From the NCBI RefSeq assembly GCF_020745735.1, contig NW_026867453.1, positions 248,001-312,000 on the forward strand: 64,000 bases of DNA, in the 5' to 3' direction. Source of the DNA: Hemiscyllium ocellatum (lineage: Eukaryota). Both the position numbers and the translations under genes were made by a program. The notes beneath the pieces were generated by a model. The model searched no databases. It was given only the letters and a program-made list of their open reading frames with translations, and was not told where the DNA came from. Shown piece after piece: positions 1 to 12,260 of the stretch. The first letter of the stretch is position 1; each line of letters starts with the position of its first letter.

Positions 1-1664
1 ACATCCAGTCCCTGTACACCTCCATCTTCCATCATGAAGGCCTCAAAGCCCTCCGCTTCTTCCTTTCCCGCCGTACCAACCAGTACCCTTCCACTGACAC
101 CCTCCTTCGACTGACTGAACTGGTCCTCACCCTGAACAACTTCTCTTTCCAACACTCCCACTTCCTCCAAACCAAAGGAGTTGCCATGGGCACCCGAATG
201 GGCCCCAGCCAAGCCTGCCTCTTCGTAGGATATGTGGAACAGTCCATCTTCCGCAACTACACTGGCACCACCCCCCACCTTTTCCTCCGCTACATTGATT
301 ACTGTATCGGCGCTGCCTCGTGGAGGCAGGTTGAACAGTTCATCCACTTTACCAACCGACCTCAAATTTACCTGGACCATCTCAGACACCTCCCTCCCCT
401 TCCTAGACCTTTCCCTTTCTATCTCAGGCAACCGAATCAATGCGGACATTTACTATAAACCGACCGACTCCCACAACTACCTAGACTACGCCTCCTCCCA
501 CCCTGCCCCCTGTAAAAACGCCATCCCATATTCCCAATTCCTTCGTCTCCGCCGCATCTGTTCCCAGGAGGACCAGTTCCAATACCGTACAGCCCAGATG
601 GCCTCCTTCTTCAAAGACTGCAATATCTCCCCAGACGTGATCGAATATGACCTCCACCCCATCTCCTCCACTTCCTGCTCCTCTGCCCTTGAGCCCCGCC
701 CCTCCAATCGCCACCAGGACAGAACCCCACTGGTCCTCACCTACCACCCCACTAACCTCCATATACATCGTATCATCCGTCGTCATTTCCACCACCTCCA
801 AACAGACCCCACCACCAGAGATATATTTCCCTCCCCTCCCCTATCAGCATTCTAAAAAGACCATTCCCTCCGTGACTCCCTCGTCAGGTCCACACCCCCC
901 ACCAACCCAACCTCCACTCCCGGCACCTTCCCCTGCAACTGCAAGAGATGCAAAATTGCCTCCCCCCTTACTTCCTTCCAAGGCCCAAGGGAGCCTTCCA
1001 TATCCACCACAAATTCACCTGCACATCCACACACATCATTTACTGCATCCACTGCACCTGATGGGGCCTCCTCTATATTAGGAAGACAGGCTGCCTACTT
1101 GCGGAACGTTTCAGAGAACACCTCTGGAACACCCGGACCAAACAACCCAACCACCCCGTGGCTCAACGCTTCAACTCCCCCTCCCACTCCACCAAGGACA
1201 TGCAGGTCCTTGGACTCCTCTGTCGCCAGACCATAGCAACATGACGGCTGGAGGAAGAGCGCCTAATCTTCCTCCTAGGAACACTCCAACCACAAGGGAT
1301 GAACTTAGATTTCTCCAGTTTCCTCATTTCCCCTCCCCCCACCTTGTCTCAGTCAAATCCCTTGAACTCAGCACCGCCTCCTAATCTGCAATCTTCTTCC
1401 TGACCTCTCCGCCCCCACCCCACTCTGGCCTAACACCCTCACCTTGACCTCCTTCCATCTATCGCATTTCCAACGCACCTCCCCCAAGTCCCTCCTCCCT
1501 ACCTTTTATCTTAGCCTGATGGACACACTTTCCTCATTCCTGAAGAAGGGCTCATGCCCGAAACGTCGACTCTCCTGCTCCTTGGATACTGCCTGACCTA
1601 CTGCGCTTTTCCAGCAACAGATTTTCAGCTCTGATCTCCAGCACCTGCAGTCCTCACTTTCTCC
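1..1664 (+). mobile_element. Penelope-like retroelement, decayed (RT C-terminus, GIY-YIG endonuclease, terminal repeat); 5' end outside window
   Basis: Frame-broken RT segments (MGTRMGPSQACLFVGYVEQSIF; FLDLSLSISGNRINADIYYKPTDSHNYLDYASSHP), GIY-YIG-like region near 1020-1130, and a terminal repeat found many times in the window. Confidence 0.85.
1536..1571 (+). ncRNA. Minimal hammerhead ribozyme motif, PLE family 1
   Basis: AUUC-CUGAAGA-A-GGGC(UCAU)GCCC-GAAA-CGUC-GACU: core, 4-bp helix II, palindromic helix III ACGU, predicted GUC cleavage triplet. Confidence 0.7.
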
Positions 1665-1665
1665 C

Positions 1666-3990
1666 AGTGGGATCTTGCAGAGGCCAGTATTGGGACCTCG
1701 CAGTTTCTAGGTTTATTGAAATAACTTTCACTTGAAAGTTGGAGGATTGATCAGTGAGTTCACGGATGATATGAAAACCAGTGTGATGGCAAACAGTGAG
1801 GAAGATGGGCTTAGATCATAGGAGGGCAATCATGGTAAGGGAATACGTGATGCATTATAGGGCCCTGGGAAGCACTGAAGATCAGAGGGACCTTGTTGTG
1901 CATGTCCCCCAGTCACTTAAACACCAGCTCAGGTGATAAACTCGCCTTTCCTTGTTAAGCACCGAGTTTGAGCTGGGAAGTTCTGTTAGAACTATCGAAA
2001 ACATTGGCTAGGGGACAGCTAGCTTGTTGTCTGCATTTCTGGAATCCCCATTTAAGGAGGGATGTGTTAGCACTCAAGACTTGGAAAGATATTGTCTGAG
2101 CTGGAGAGTTTCAGTTATGAAGAGCGACTGGAAAGATTGGTTCGTTTTCCTTAGACCAGAGAGATTGAGAGGGGAGTCACAGGTAGATAGGATAGTGAAG
2201 AAGGCATTTGATATACTTTCCCTTATTAGTCAGAGCATTGAGTAAAGGAGTTTGGAGGTCATGTTGTGGCGGTATGAGAACATTGGTTAGGCCACCTTTG
2301 GAGTATTGTGTGCAATTCTGCTCTGATTCCTATAGAAAGGATGTTGTGAAATTTGAAAGGGTTCAGAAAAGATTTACAAGGATGTTGCCAGGGTTGGAGG
2401 GTTTGAACTACAGGAAAGGCTGAATAGGCTGGAACTGGTTTCCCTGGAGTGTCGAAGGTTGAGGAGTGACCTTCTAGAGGTTTATAAAGTCATGGATGCA
2501 TGGATAGGGTAAATAGACAAGGTCTTTTCCCTGGGGTGGGGGAGTCCAGAACTAGAGGGCATAGGTTTAGGGTGAGAGGGGAAAGACTTACAAGGGTCCT
2601 AAGGGGCAACGTTTTCATGCAACAGGCAGTGCATGTATGCAAGAGGAAGTGCAGGCCAGTACAAGGCTAGTAACATATAAAAGACATCGGGAGGGGTAGA
2701 AGAAAACTCCACAACCACCTGATGAAGGAGCAGTGTTCGGAAAGCTAGTGGTTCCAAATAAACCTGTTGGATTATAACCTGGTGTTGGGTGATTTTTAAT
2801 TTGAACTGGAAGGGATTAGAGGGCCAAGTGCTGGTAAATGGGACGAGGTTAATTTTGGATATCAGGTTGGCATGGACGAGTTGGGTTGAAGGATCTGTTT
2901 CTGTGTTGTACATCTGTTTGACTCTATGAGATCACTGAGATGTACAAAATAATGAGCGGTGTTGATTGGGTAGACAGTAAGGAAATATTCCCCTTGATGG
3001 AGGAACCAATTAAGACAAATGTTGTGAAGACTGGAAGGCAGTGCAGATATTTAAGGTAAGGGGCAGGAGACTTAAGGGGAATGTCAGTGATAAAGTCATA
3101 CAGCATGGAAACAGACCTTTTGGTTCCCCCCAAAGTCCATGCTACCCATAATCCCAAACAAAACTAGTCCCACCACCTGCTCCTGGCCCATATCCCTTCA
3201 ATACTTTCCTGTTTGTCCAAATACCTTTTAAACATTGGAACTGTACCCGCATCCATTAATTCCTCACGAACCACTCTCTGTGTAGAAAAAGCTGACCCTC
3301 ATTTCCCTTTTAAATCTTTCTCCTCTCACTTTAAAAGTATGTCCCCTAGTGCTGAAGTCTAGGGGGGAATAAGCTCCCTAGTCCAAGGGGAAAATTTCCT
3401 CACTATCTGCCTTATGAACACCCCTCATTATTTTATCCATCTCAACCATGTCATTGAGTAATAGAGACTTTCAGCACAGAAACAGATCCTTCGGCCCAAC
3501 TTATCCATGCTGACCAGATATCCTAATTTACCCTAGTCCCATTTACCTGTACTTGTTCCATATCTCTCTAATCACTTCCTCTTCATATACAAACCCTGAA
3601 GTCTATCACCCGAGGGAAAAGACATCTGACATTCACCTTATATATGCTCCTTATTATATTATACACCTCTGTAAGGTCACCCCTCAACCTTCAAGCTCCT
3701 TTCCATCGAACTCAAACCATCCAGTGCTGGCAACATCCTTGTAAATATTTTCTGAACAGTTTAACAATACCCCTCCTATAACAGGGAGACCAGAATTGGA
3801 CACAGTATTCTAAAAGAGGCCTGTACAACCTCAACATGATGTCCTAACTCCTATACTCATGGTCTGTGTAATGAAGGAAAAAGGCTTTCACCCAGAGGGT
3901 GGTGAGAAACTGAATTCACTGCCGGAAGGGCATTACAGACAGAAGCTCTCAAATCATTGAAGAAGTATTCAGATGTGCACTTGCAATGCC
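1666..3990. mobile_element. Mosaic of CR1/HER1-like LINE 3' fragments in both orientations
   Basis: RT C-terminal remnants (RPPLEYCVQFCSDSYRKDVVKFERVQKRFTRMLPGLEGL) and CR1-type 3' UTR sequence. Confidence 0.8.
2713..2753 (+). ncRNA. Minimal hammerhead ribozyme motif, PLE family 2
   Basis: AACCAC-CUGAUGA-A-GGAGC(AGU)GUUCG-GAAA-GCUA-GUGGUU: perfect 6-bp helix I, palindromic helix III AGCU; helix II closing pair mutated. Confidence 0.65.
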
Positions 3991-4010
3991 AAGACATACA
4001 AGGTGATGGG

Positions 4011-4176
4011 TCTTGAAGGAGAACCGTTGCTGGTGTTTTTGAATCTGTAGTCTGTACTGTTTGCCCGAAACGTCAATTTTCCTGCTCCTTGGATGCTGCC
4101 TGACTTGCTGGGCTTTTCCAGCACCACTCTAATCTAGACTCTGGTTTCCAGCATCTGCAGTCATTGTTTTTACCTG
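4011..4176 (+). mobile_element. Short PLE terminal-repeat insertion with 15-bp target duplication
   Basis: ATACAAGGTGATGGG at 3996-4010 and 4177-4191 flanks a PLE terminal fragment. Confidence 0.75.
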
Positions 4177-5240
4177 ATACAAGGTGATGGGCCGAGGGCT
4201 GAGAAATGAGGTTACCATAGTTTGATGGTTGTTTTTGACTGGCACAGAATCAATGGGCTGAAGGGACTCGTTCTGCACTGTAGACCACTGCCATTCGATA
4301 AAAAACAGGACAATGAAGAGACTTTGATTGAGGTGTTGGCACTAACAATTGTCAATGTGGCAGTACCACAAGATTGAGCTTTATTCTGACACACTGTCAG
4401 ACCTGGGTTTGAACTCTGTTCTCGCTCTCTGCAGATGCTTCTGCACCTGCTAAATATCTTCGGCACTCAGTGTTTATTTGTGGTTACAGAGAGGATCTGA
4501 GGCTGCAGAGATGAAATCTGATGGTTTGTTAGATATGGGAAGGTGAAGCAGACACTTCCTGATTGAAAATGAAAAATCAAACATAGAATTGTGAGGCTGT
4601 TAATCTATATTTTGTTCCACAAATCCAGACGACACAAGTTTGAGTACAACAGCAGATGCTTTATTATTGGAGTGCAGCGTGAGATTCTCCATGTCCCTGA
4701 AAGTAGTTGTGTATCTACTTGTGGTGATACAAAAGGTCTATAATCCACATGGTTGACTGTCGTTACATTGTTTAAGATGGGCAATTATAATTTTACAAGG
4801 TCCGGTGAATGTTGATGTCCTGCGATAACAACTGATTATCGTATTCTTCATGATCATGTGTCAATGGGAAGAGATTAAAACTGAAGGGTTTTGCCTGTTT
4901 TCAACGGGGAATTCACATCCCTATGCTAATACGGAGAGAAGCAAGATAATAGGAGCAGCAGGCAGTTGAACAGGGTTGCAGCCAAGGCTATCAGTCTTGG
5001 CTGGGGAGGACAAATACCGTTGCCTGAGCTGCAGAGGAATCCACATGTGTGGCTGCAATGGATTCCTTCTCGAAGATTCAGTTATCCTACTGAGATGTTC
5101 TGTCTATTCTGTAATTGATACTGTAGTGAGTCTGTTTCACAGTGGAATGTTTAACCCTTGAGTGCCCAGTATGCCTTGAAAGAGAATTAAAACATGAAGT
5201 GATCCTTTTCTGGCTTTATAACATCCTCACCAAACTCTTC

Positions 5241-5472
5241 CTGTCAGATATAAACCAGCCCCTCACTCACTGACACCAATCACCCCCTGTCTGATATAAA
5301 CCACCCCACAGACACAAGTATCCCCATGTCTGATTTCACCCTGCCCCACAGACAGTGACAACAGTTTCCTCCAGTCTGATATAAACCAGCCTCACAGTCA
5401 CTAATACCAATCTCCCGCGTCTGATATAAACCAACCCCACAGTCACTGACACTAATCTCTGCCTGTCTGATT
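5241..5472. repeat. 45-46 bp minisatellite (GTCTGATATAAACC...CAGTCACTGACAC)
   Basis: GATATAAACC starts at 5247, 5293, 5378, 5423; partial copy near 5469. Confidence 0.8.
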
Positions 5473-5484
5473 TAGTTAAAAGGA

Positions 5485-5625
5485 CTGCAGATGCTGGAAA
5501 CCAGAGTCTAGATGAGAGTGGTGCTGGAAAAGCACAGCAGGTCAGGCAGCATCCGAGGAGCAGGAAAATCGACGTGTCGGGCAAAAACCCTTCATCAGGA
5601 ATAGAGGCAGGGAGCCTGCAGATTG
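5485..5625 (-). mobile_element. PLE terminal repeat with degenerate hammerhead core
   Basis: Reverse complement of the 1530-1664 type repeat; GAAA core changed to GACA. Confidence 0.75.
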
Positions 5626-5649
5626 GAAAGACAGAGGAGGAAAACTTCT

Positions 5650-6860
5650 TCAAGACAAAAAAGACTGAGTGTCTGCCTCTCATAATTTTGTACAGTTCTA
5701 TAAGATCCCCTCTCAGTCTCCTAGACTGCCAAGAAAAGAAAAAGCTTGTTCAGCCTCTCCTTATAACACTGAGTGCGAGCAACATCCTTATAAATTTCTT
5801 CTGCACTCTTTCCAGTTTAATAACATCCTTCCCCGAGCAAGGTGACCAAAACAGAACACATGCTCCAACTGCAGCCTCACCCACCTCCTGTATAACTGTC
5901 GGTTTTTGTGAAGACAGAACTAAAGGATGTATACAATTGCTCAGCTGTTCGTTGTCCTTTGTTATACATTTCCCCAATTTCCATCTATAGGGACCTAACA
6001 TTTGTCTTCATCAATCTCTTTCTCTTCGTGTACTGTAGAACCTTGTAGCATCAGTCTTCATGTTCCCTGCAAGCTTACTTTCTTTTGTACTGTGTTTTCC
6101 CCATCTTAATCAATCCCTTGGTCCTTCTTTGCTGAATTCGAAACTGCTCTCAAATATCAGGCCTGTTATTTTTTTTGGCCCATTTCCTTCAATTGGATGC
6201 TATCTAATTTCCTTTATAAGCCATGGATTGGCCCTGTTACCCATTTTGCTTTTGTACCAGACAGGAATAAATAGCTGTTGCAGTTCCCCCATGATTTCCT
6301 TGAATATTTGCCAATGCCTATCTACTGTCACACCTTTAAGCAACTTTCACTGATCTATCAACGCCAACTCATGCCTTATATATCTTCATAGTTTCCTTTA
6401 TTAAAATTCAGCACCCTAGTCTCCAAATCAGCTGGCTCACTCTCCATCTTGATAAAAAAAGTTGTATCATGTCATGGTCACTCATCCCCAAGGAGTCTCA
6501 CGCAGCTAGATTGGCAATGATTCCCTTCTCATTACACAGTACCCAGTCTAAGATGGCCTGCTCTCTAGTTGGTTCATCCACATATTGGTTAAGAAAACCA
6601 TCCTGTATGTACTCCAGGAATTTTTCCTCTAAGACATTGTGGCTAATTTGATTTGTCCAATCTAGATGCAGATTAAAATCACCCATGGTCACAGATGTCT
6701 CCATATCACATGCTTGGCTAATTTCCTGTTTAATACTATTCCGATACGACCACTGCAGTCTAGGGGTCTGTCTATGACACCCACTAATGTTTTTTGTCCC
6801 TTGGTATTTCACAGCTCCACCCATACAGTCTCCACATTGTCAAAGCTAATGTCCTAAAAA
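5650..6860 (-). mobile_element. CR1-like LINE fragments (APE endonuclease and RT pieces)
   Basis: Minus-strand MGDFNLHLDW...QYVDEPTREQAILDWVLCN and KLERVQKKFIRML motifs. Confidence 0.85.
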
Positions 6861-7149
6861 GAGATGAACAAAAATACGTGACCAGGAATTGAGATATTTC
6901 TGCTCAATTATTGATCTTGATTTGATGTTAATTAGCCTTGTCGACTTTCAATGAATAGCTTCGTAAAATCTGGGACCGCCAGCAGAAGGTGATGAGCTAG
7001 AACATTTGTGGAATTGCTTTCTCAGTAAATGAACATAGACACAATTTGTTGAGTTTTTCACAGTAGATGACAGTGCTTCTCCAGCAGGTGGAAGTGACGG
7101 CTGATAGTAGATCCTTCAACCAACACCTTCACTCATAAAAAGTTAAGGC

Positions 7150-10100
7150 ACACAAAAGATTGACTGAGGCTACTTAGTTTAACATCATTTATTGAAAAAA
7201 ATGGTGGAGTCTTTAAAAAAGGATGTTCCAGCAGAAAACTGGGAATGGCTTTACAAAATGGAAATCTTGCCTGATAAATGTATTGGAATTCTTGGAGAAA
7301 ATGGAGGAAACGGTGATTGTAATATGTTTTGATTTTCTGAAGGTGTTTGATAGCACCCATGCATAAGATTACTGAATAAGAAAGGAGCCTTGGCTTTGGA
7401 GGTACTGTATTAACGTGGAGAGAGGATTTTTGAAATCCCAATCCGAAAAGTTTGATTAAGTGTTTTATTTTACAGGATGTCAAAGTGTGGAGGACCACAT
7501 AAATCTGTTCTGGAGGACAAAAAAAATTTACAAAGTATTTTGATGACTTAGATGAGGAAAGTGAGTATATTGTAGGCAAGTTTGCGAATGACACAAAAAT
7601 TGGAGCGGAGACAAGTGGTGAGTATGACACAAAAAGAAGTTTGCGGAGCGATACAGATAGGATGGGGGTGAACAAGGAGTTTTGCACACTAATATAATGT
7701 GGATTAAATAAATGAGAACAGACATATACAGTGGACTTGTGCATTTTAACAGGCAAGGTAGAGATTGAATTCAGAAATCTACAGGGAGTCTGCATCTCCG
7801 AACCACAAAAAGTTAGCTTTTAATTTCAACTGTCAATAAAGATGGCAAATGTCATGTTGGGGTTTGTTTAAAAACTAATGGAATATTGAGATTAGGAACA
7901 GTCAGATAGAGCAGCGAATGTGTAGCTGAGGAACTGCTGCAGGGGTTAGGATTCCCATTTTTCAATCACTGGGATCTCTTCAGGGATAGAAATGACCTAT
8001 ATAAGAGGGACCTGACTTGGAAGGGGACCGATATTCTTGTGGGGAAATTTGCTAGCAGTATGCTGAAGGTTTTAAATTAGTAAGGTGGATGGTGGGAACT
8101 AACAAGATAGTGAGAAAAGAGAAGTGTTTGAGGTGAGATGCTGTGAGCAATTCTCGGGGTCAAGGCAGACAACAGTTTGGCAAGAGCAAAGTAAGAACGT
8201 TAAACTGCATTTACTTCGATGGAAGAGGCCTGACATGTGAGACAGATGAACATAGGGCATAGATGGGAATGTGGGACAAGGATAACATTACCATTACAGA
8301 AATGTGGCTCAGGGATGAACAGGACTGACAACTTAATGTTCCAGGATACAGATGTTATAGAATGGATAGACAGAGGAGCAAGAGAGGAGGTGGAGGAGTG
8401 TTCTTGGTTAGAAAGAACATTACAGCTGGATGTAGAGAGGATATTTCTTGGAGACTGCCCAGTGAAGTTATATGGATGAAACTTAAAAATAAGAAAGAGG
8501 TGATGACCTTGCTGGGATTGTAAAATGGGCCTCCTAATAGTCAGTGGGAAAATTACAAGCGATTCTGCTATCTGTAAGGAAAGAGGATAATGGTAGGGAA
8601 TTTTAACTTTCCAACCAGAGTTTGGGGTAGTGTTAAGATCTTGGAATGTGGAGAAATTGGTTAAGTCTGTACAAGAAAATATTGTTATTCAATATGTGGA
8701 TGGACCTACTGGACAGTTCACAATACTTGACCTTCTGTTGGGAATCAAGGCAGGACAAGTGACTGAGGTGTCTGTAGGGGCACGCTTCAGGGAAAGTGAT
8801 CATAATTCTATTGGTTTAATAATAATGATGAGAAAGGATAGAATTGATTTAAAAATGAAAGTTTCAAATTGGAGTGTGGCCAGTTTTGATGGTATAAGAC
8901 TTTGAGAAGTTGGTTGGGGGAGGTTATTCACAGGTAAAGGGACGACTGACAAGTGGGAGGCCTTTAAGAATGAGACAATGAGAGTTCAGTGATGGTATGT
9001 TTCTGTTTGTTTGAAGGGCAAGGCATGGGAAAAGCTCAATGATGAGGGAAATTGCAACTCCTGTCCAGAAAACGAAGGGGGCATTCATCAGATATAGACA
9101 GCTGGGATTGAGTGAATCCTGAGAAGGGTGTAAGGGCAGTCGGAGTATACTTCACCAGGAAATCATGAGGGAAAAAAGGGGGCATGAAATTGCATGGCAA
9201 ATAGAATTAAGGAGAATCCGAAAAGATTCTAAAATTATTTTAAGGTTAAAAGAATAACTAAGAAGAGAATACAGCCCTTAAAGATCAAATGAGTTCATCT
9301 TACAGAAGAGGAGGTGTTGGGGGTCTTAAAGTAAAAAATGGAAATAAATCCTGGAGAGCTGATTAGGTATTTCTCAGAACTTTGTGGGAAGCTAGGGAAG
9401 AGATTCGTGGACCCCTTGCTGAGATATTTGTATCATCGATAATCATAGATGAGATGCCAGAAGACTGGAGAGTGACTAATGTGGCAGCATTATTGAAGAA
9501 AGTTGTATGGAAAAGCCAGGGAACCATAAACTGGTGAGCCTTTCACGCCAGAGATGCTGCCAGACCTTCTGAACATTTCCAGCAGTTTCCGTTTTTGTTT
9601 CTGATACACAGCATCCACTGCTCTTTCAGTTTTTACTTAGTAGTCAGAGAGCATTACGTTTTGGATTGGAGGCCTGTTAGAACATAACAACATCCAAACA
9701 TTAGAAATACGATCAGGAGTAGGCCATCTGACCCCACGAGTCTGCTCTGCCTTTCAATATCATCATGGATCATCTTTCAATGGACTAAGATTCCACTTAC
9801 CCACCCGCTCACTATAACCCTCCATTCCTTTACTGTTAAAAAATCTATTTTACCTTTAAAACATTCAACAGGTTGGCCTCAGCTGCTTCACTAGGCAGGG
9901 GATTCCACAGCTTCACAACCCTTTGGGTGAAGATGTTGATCCTCAACTCAGTCCTAAATCTGTTGCCCTTATTTTGAGGTTATGCCCCGTCATTCTAATT
10001 TCACCCACCAGTGGAAATAGCCTCCCTGCTTCTGTCTTATCTATCCCATTTATAATTTTACAACCCCCCTCCCACATTGTTCTGAATTCCAATGAGTATA

Positions 10101-12260
10101 ATCCCAGTCTGCTCAATCTCTCCTCACAAGCCAACCCCCTCATTTCCAGAATCAACATAATCAACCTCCTCAGCAAACCCCACCCCAATGCCATCTCATG
10201 TAAGGTGATGAAAAGTGTACAGAGTACTCCAGGCATGGTCACACCAGCGCCCTATACAGCTGCAGCAGAAAGTCCTAATTTTAAACTCTGCCAATGAAGG
10301 ACACTATTCCATTTGTCTTCCTAATTAGCTACTGTACTTGCAAACTATACTTTTGTGTTTCATGCACAAGAACAGCCAAGTCCCCCTGCACAGCAGCATT
10401 CTGTTTGTTATTATTCCTCCCAAAATGGATGACCTCACGTTTACTAACATTGTACTCCATCTGCCAGACTCTTGCCCACTCACTTAACCTGTCTATATCC
10501 TCCTGCACACTTTGCTCTATCACTCATTTAAGTGCCTTCTGCGAACTACAACACACTACACTTGGATCTCTAACTCGAAGCAATCGACCTGAATTGTAAA
10601 CAATTGCAGTCCCAACACTCATCCCTGAGACACACCATTCGCCACTGATTGCCAACCAGAAAAACACCCATTTATCCCCACGTTTTGCATTCTGTTAGTT
10701 AACCAGTTTTCTGTCCATGCTAATGCATTGTCTGTAACACTGTGCATCTTTATCTTATGCAGCAGCCTTTTGTGCAGCACCTTGCTGAATGCCATTTGGA
10801 AATCCAGATACACCACGTTCACCAGTTCCCCATTGTCTACCACGCTCATTATGACCTCAAAGAATCTCAATTAATCAGTTAAACATGACCTGCCTTTCAT
10901 GAACCCAAACTTTATTAAATAAATGTGAGGTGCTGCATTTTTGTAAGGCAAACCAGGGCAAGACTTATACAATTAATGGCTGGACCTTGGGGAGTGTTGC
11001 TGAGCAAAGAAACCAAAGGGAGCAGATGCATCATTCCTTGAAAGTGGAGTTGCAGGTAGACAGGGTGGGGAAGAAGGTGTTTGGCATGCTTTCCTTCATT
11101 GGTCATAACATTAAGTGTAGGAGTCGAGATGTCATCTCTCAGCTGCACAGAACATTTGTGAGGCCACGTTTAGAATTATTACAGACAAATCTGGCTGACC
11201 ATTTCTATGAAGGATTTTGTGAAACTTGAGGGGATGTAGAAAAGATTTCCAAGAATGATGCTGGAACTGGAGTGCTTAAGGTATAAGGTGAAGCTGAATA
11301 GGCTGGGGCTTTTCTTTTCCCTACAGTGAGAGGAAAGGAGGCTGAGGAGTGGCCTGAACAAGACCCTATAAAATCATGCAGGGCATTGATATGGTGAATA
11401 GCCAAGGCCTTTTTCCTCGAGTGGGAGAGTCCAAAACTAGAGGACAGCAGATTAAGGTGAGAGGAGAAACGTTTGAAAAGAACCTGAGGGGTAACCTTTT
11501 CACGTGTGTGACTGGAAACAGTTGCCAGTGATAGTGGTGGAGGTGGGTTCAATTACTGCATTTAAAAGGCACCTGGATGGGTGTATGAACAGGGAACATT
11601 TAGAGAAAGATAGGCCAAATGTTTGGCAAATGGTACTCAGTCAGGTTGGGATATCTGGGCAGTGCAGTTGGACCGAAGGGTCTGTTTCTGTGCCTGATAT
11701 CTGTATGACTATAATGTTTGTTAAAACTGAAAAGAAGCTCTATTTTTACCACAGCTGAAATACGATGGACTGTTCTTGGGACTCATCTCACAAAGAAAAG
11801 GTACACTGGACTGTGAGACAATCCACACGAGGTTTAGTCGACTGATCCTGAGGATGGAGGGACTGTCTTGAGAGTAGAGACTGAGTCGTTTGGGCCTATA
11901 CTCATTAGAACATAGAAGATTCAGTGGTGACATTCTGAAACATCTATTATTTTCAGGAAACTTGATGGTGTAAATGCAGAAATGTTGTTTCCCCTTGTGG
12001 GAGAGGTTCGGGCCAGTGAGTAAACTCTCTGAATTAGAGGTCACAAATGTCAGGCAGAACAGAATTTTGTCTCCCAGAATGTAGTGAATCTGTGGAATTT
12101 GTTTCCATAGAACACTGAAGGCTGAAATGGGCAGGTTTTGATTTGGGAATTGAATCAATGCTTACAGTTAAACGCTGTAAAAATGGAGGTGAGGATTATC
12201 AGCTCAGCTATGATGTCATTGTTTGGAAGCCCAAACCCCATTGGCTGAACAGACCGCTTC
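7150..12260. mobile_element. Nested CR1-like LINE fragments (ORF1 end, APE, RT, 3' ends) in both orientations
   Basis: KFANDTK-like sequence at 7577-7600, YVDGPTGQFTILDLLL, and minus-strand VYLDFQMAFSKVLHKRLL. Confidence 0.8.
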
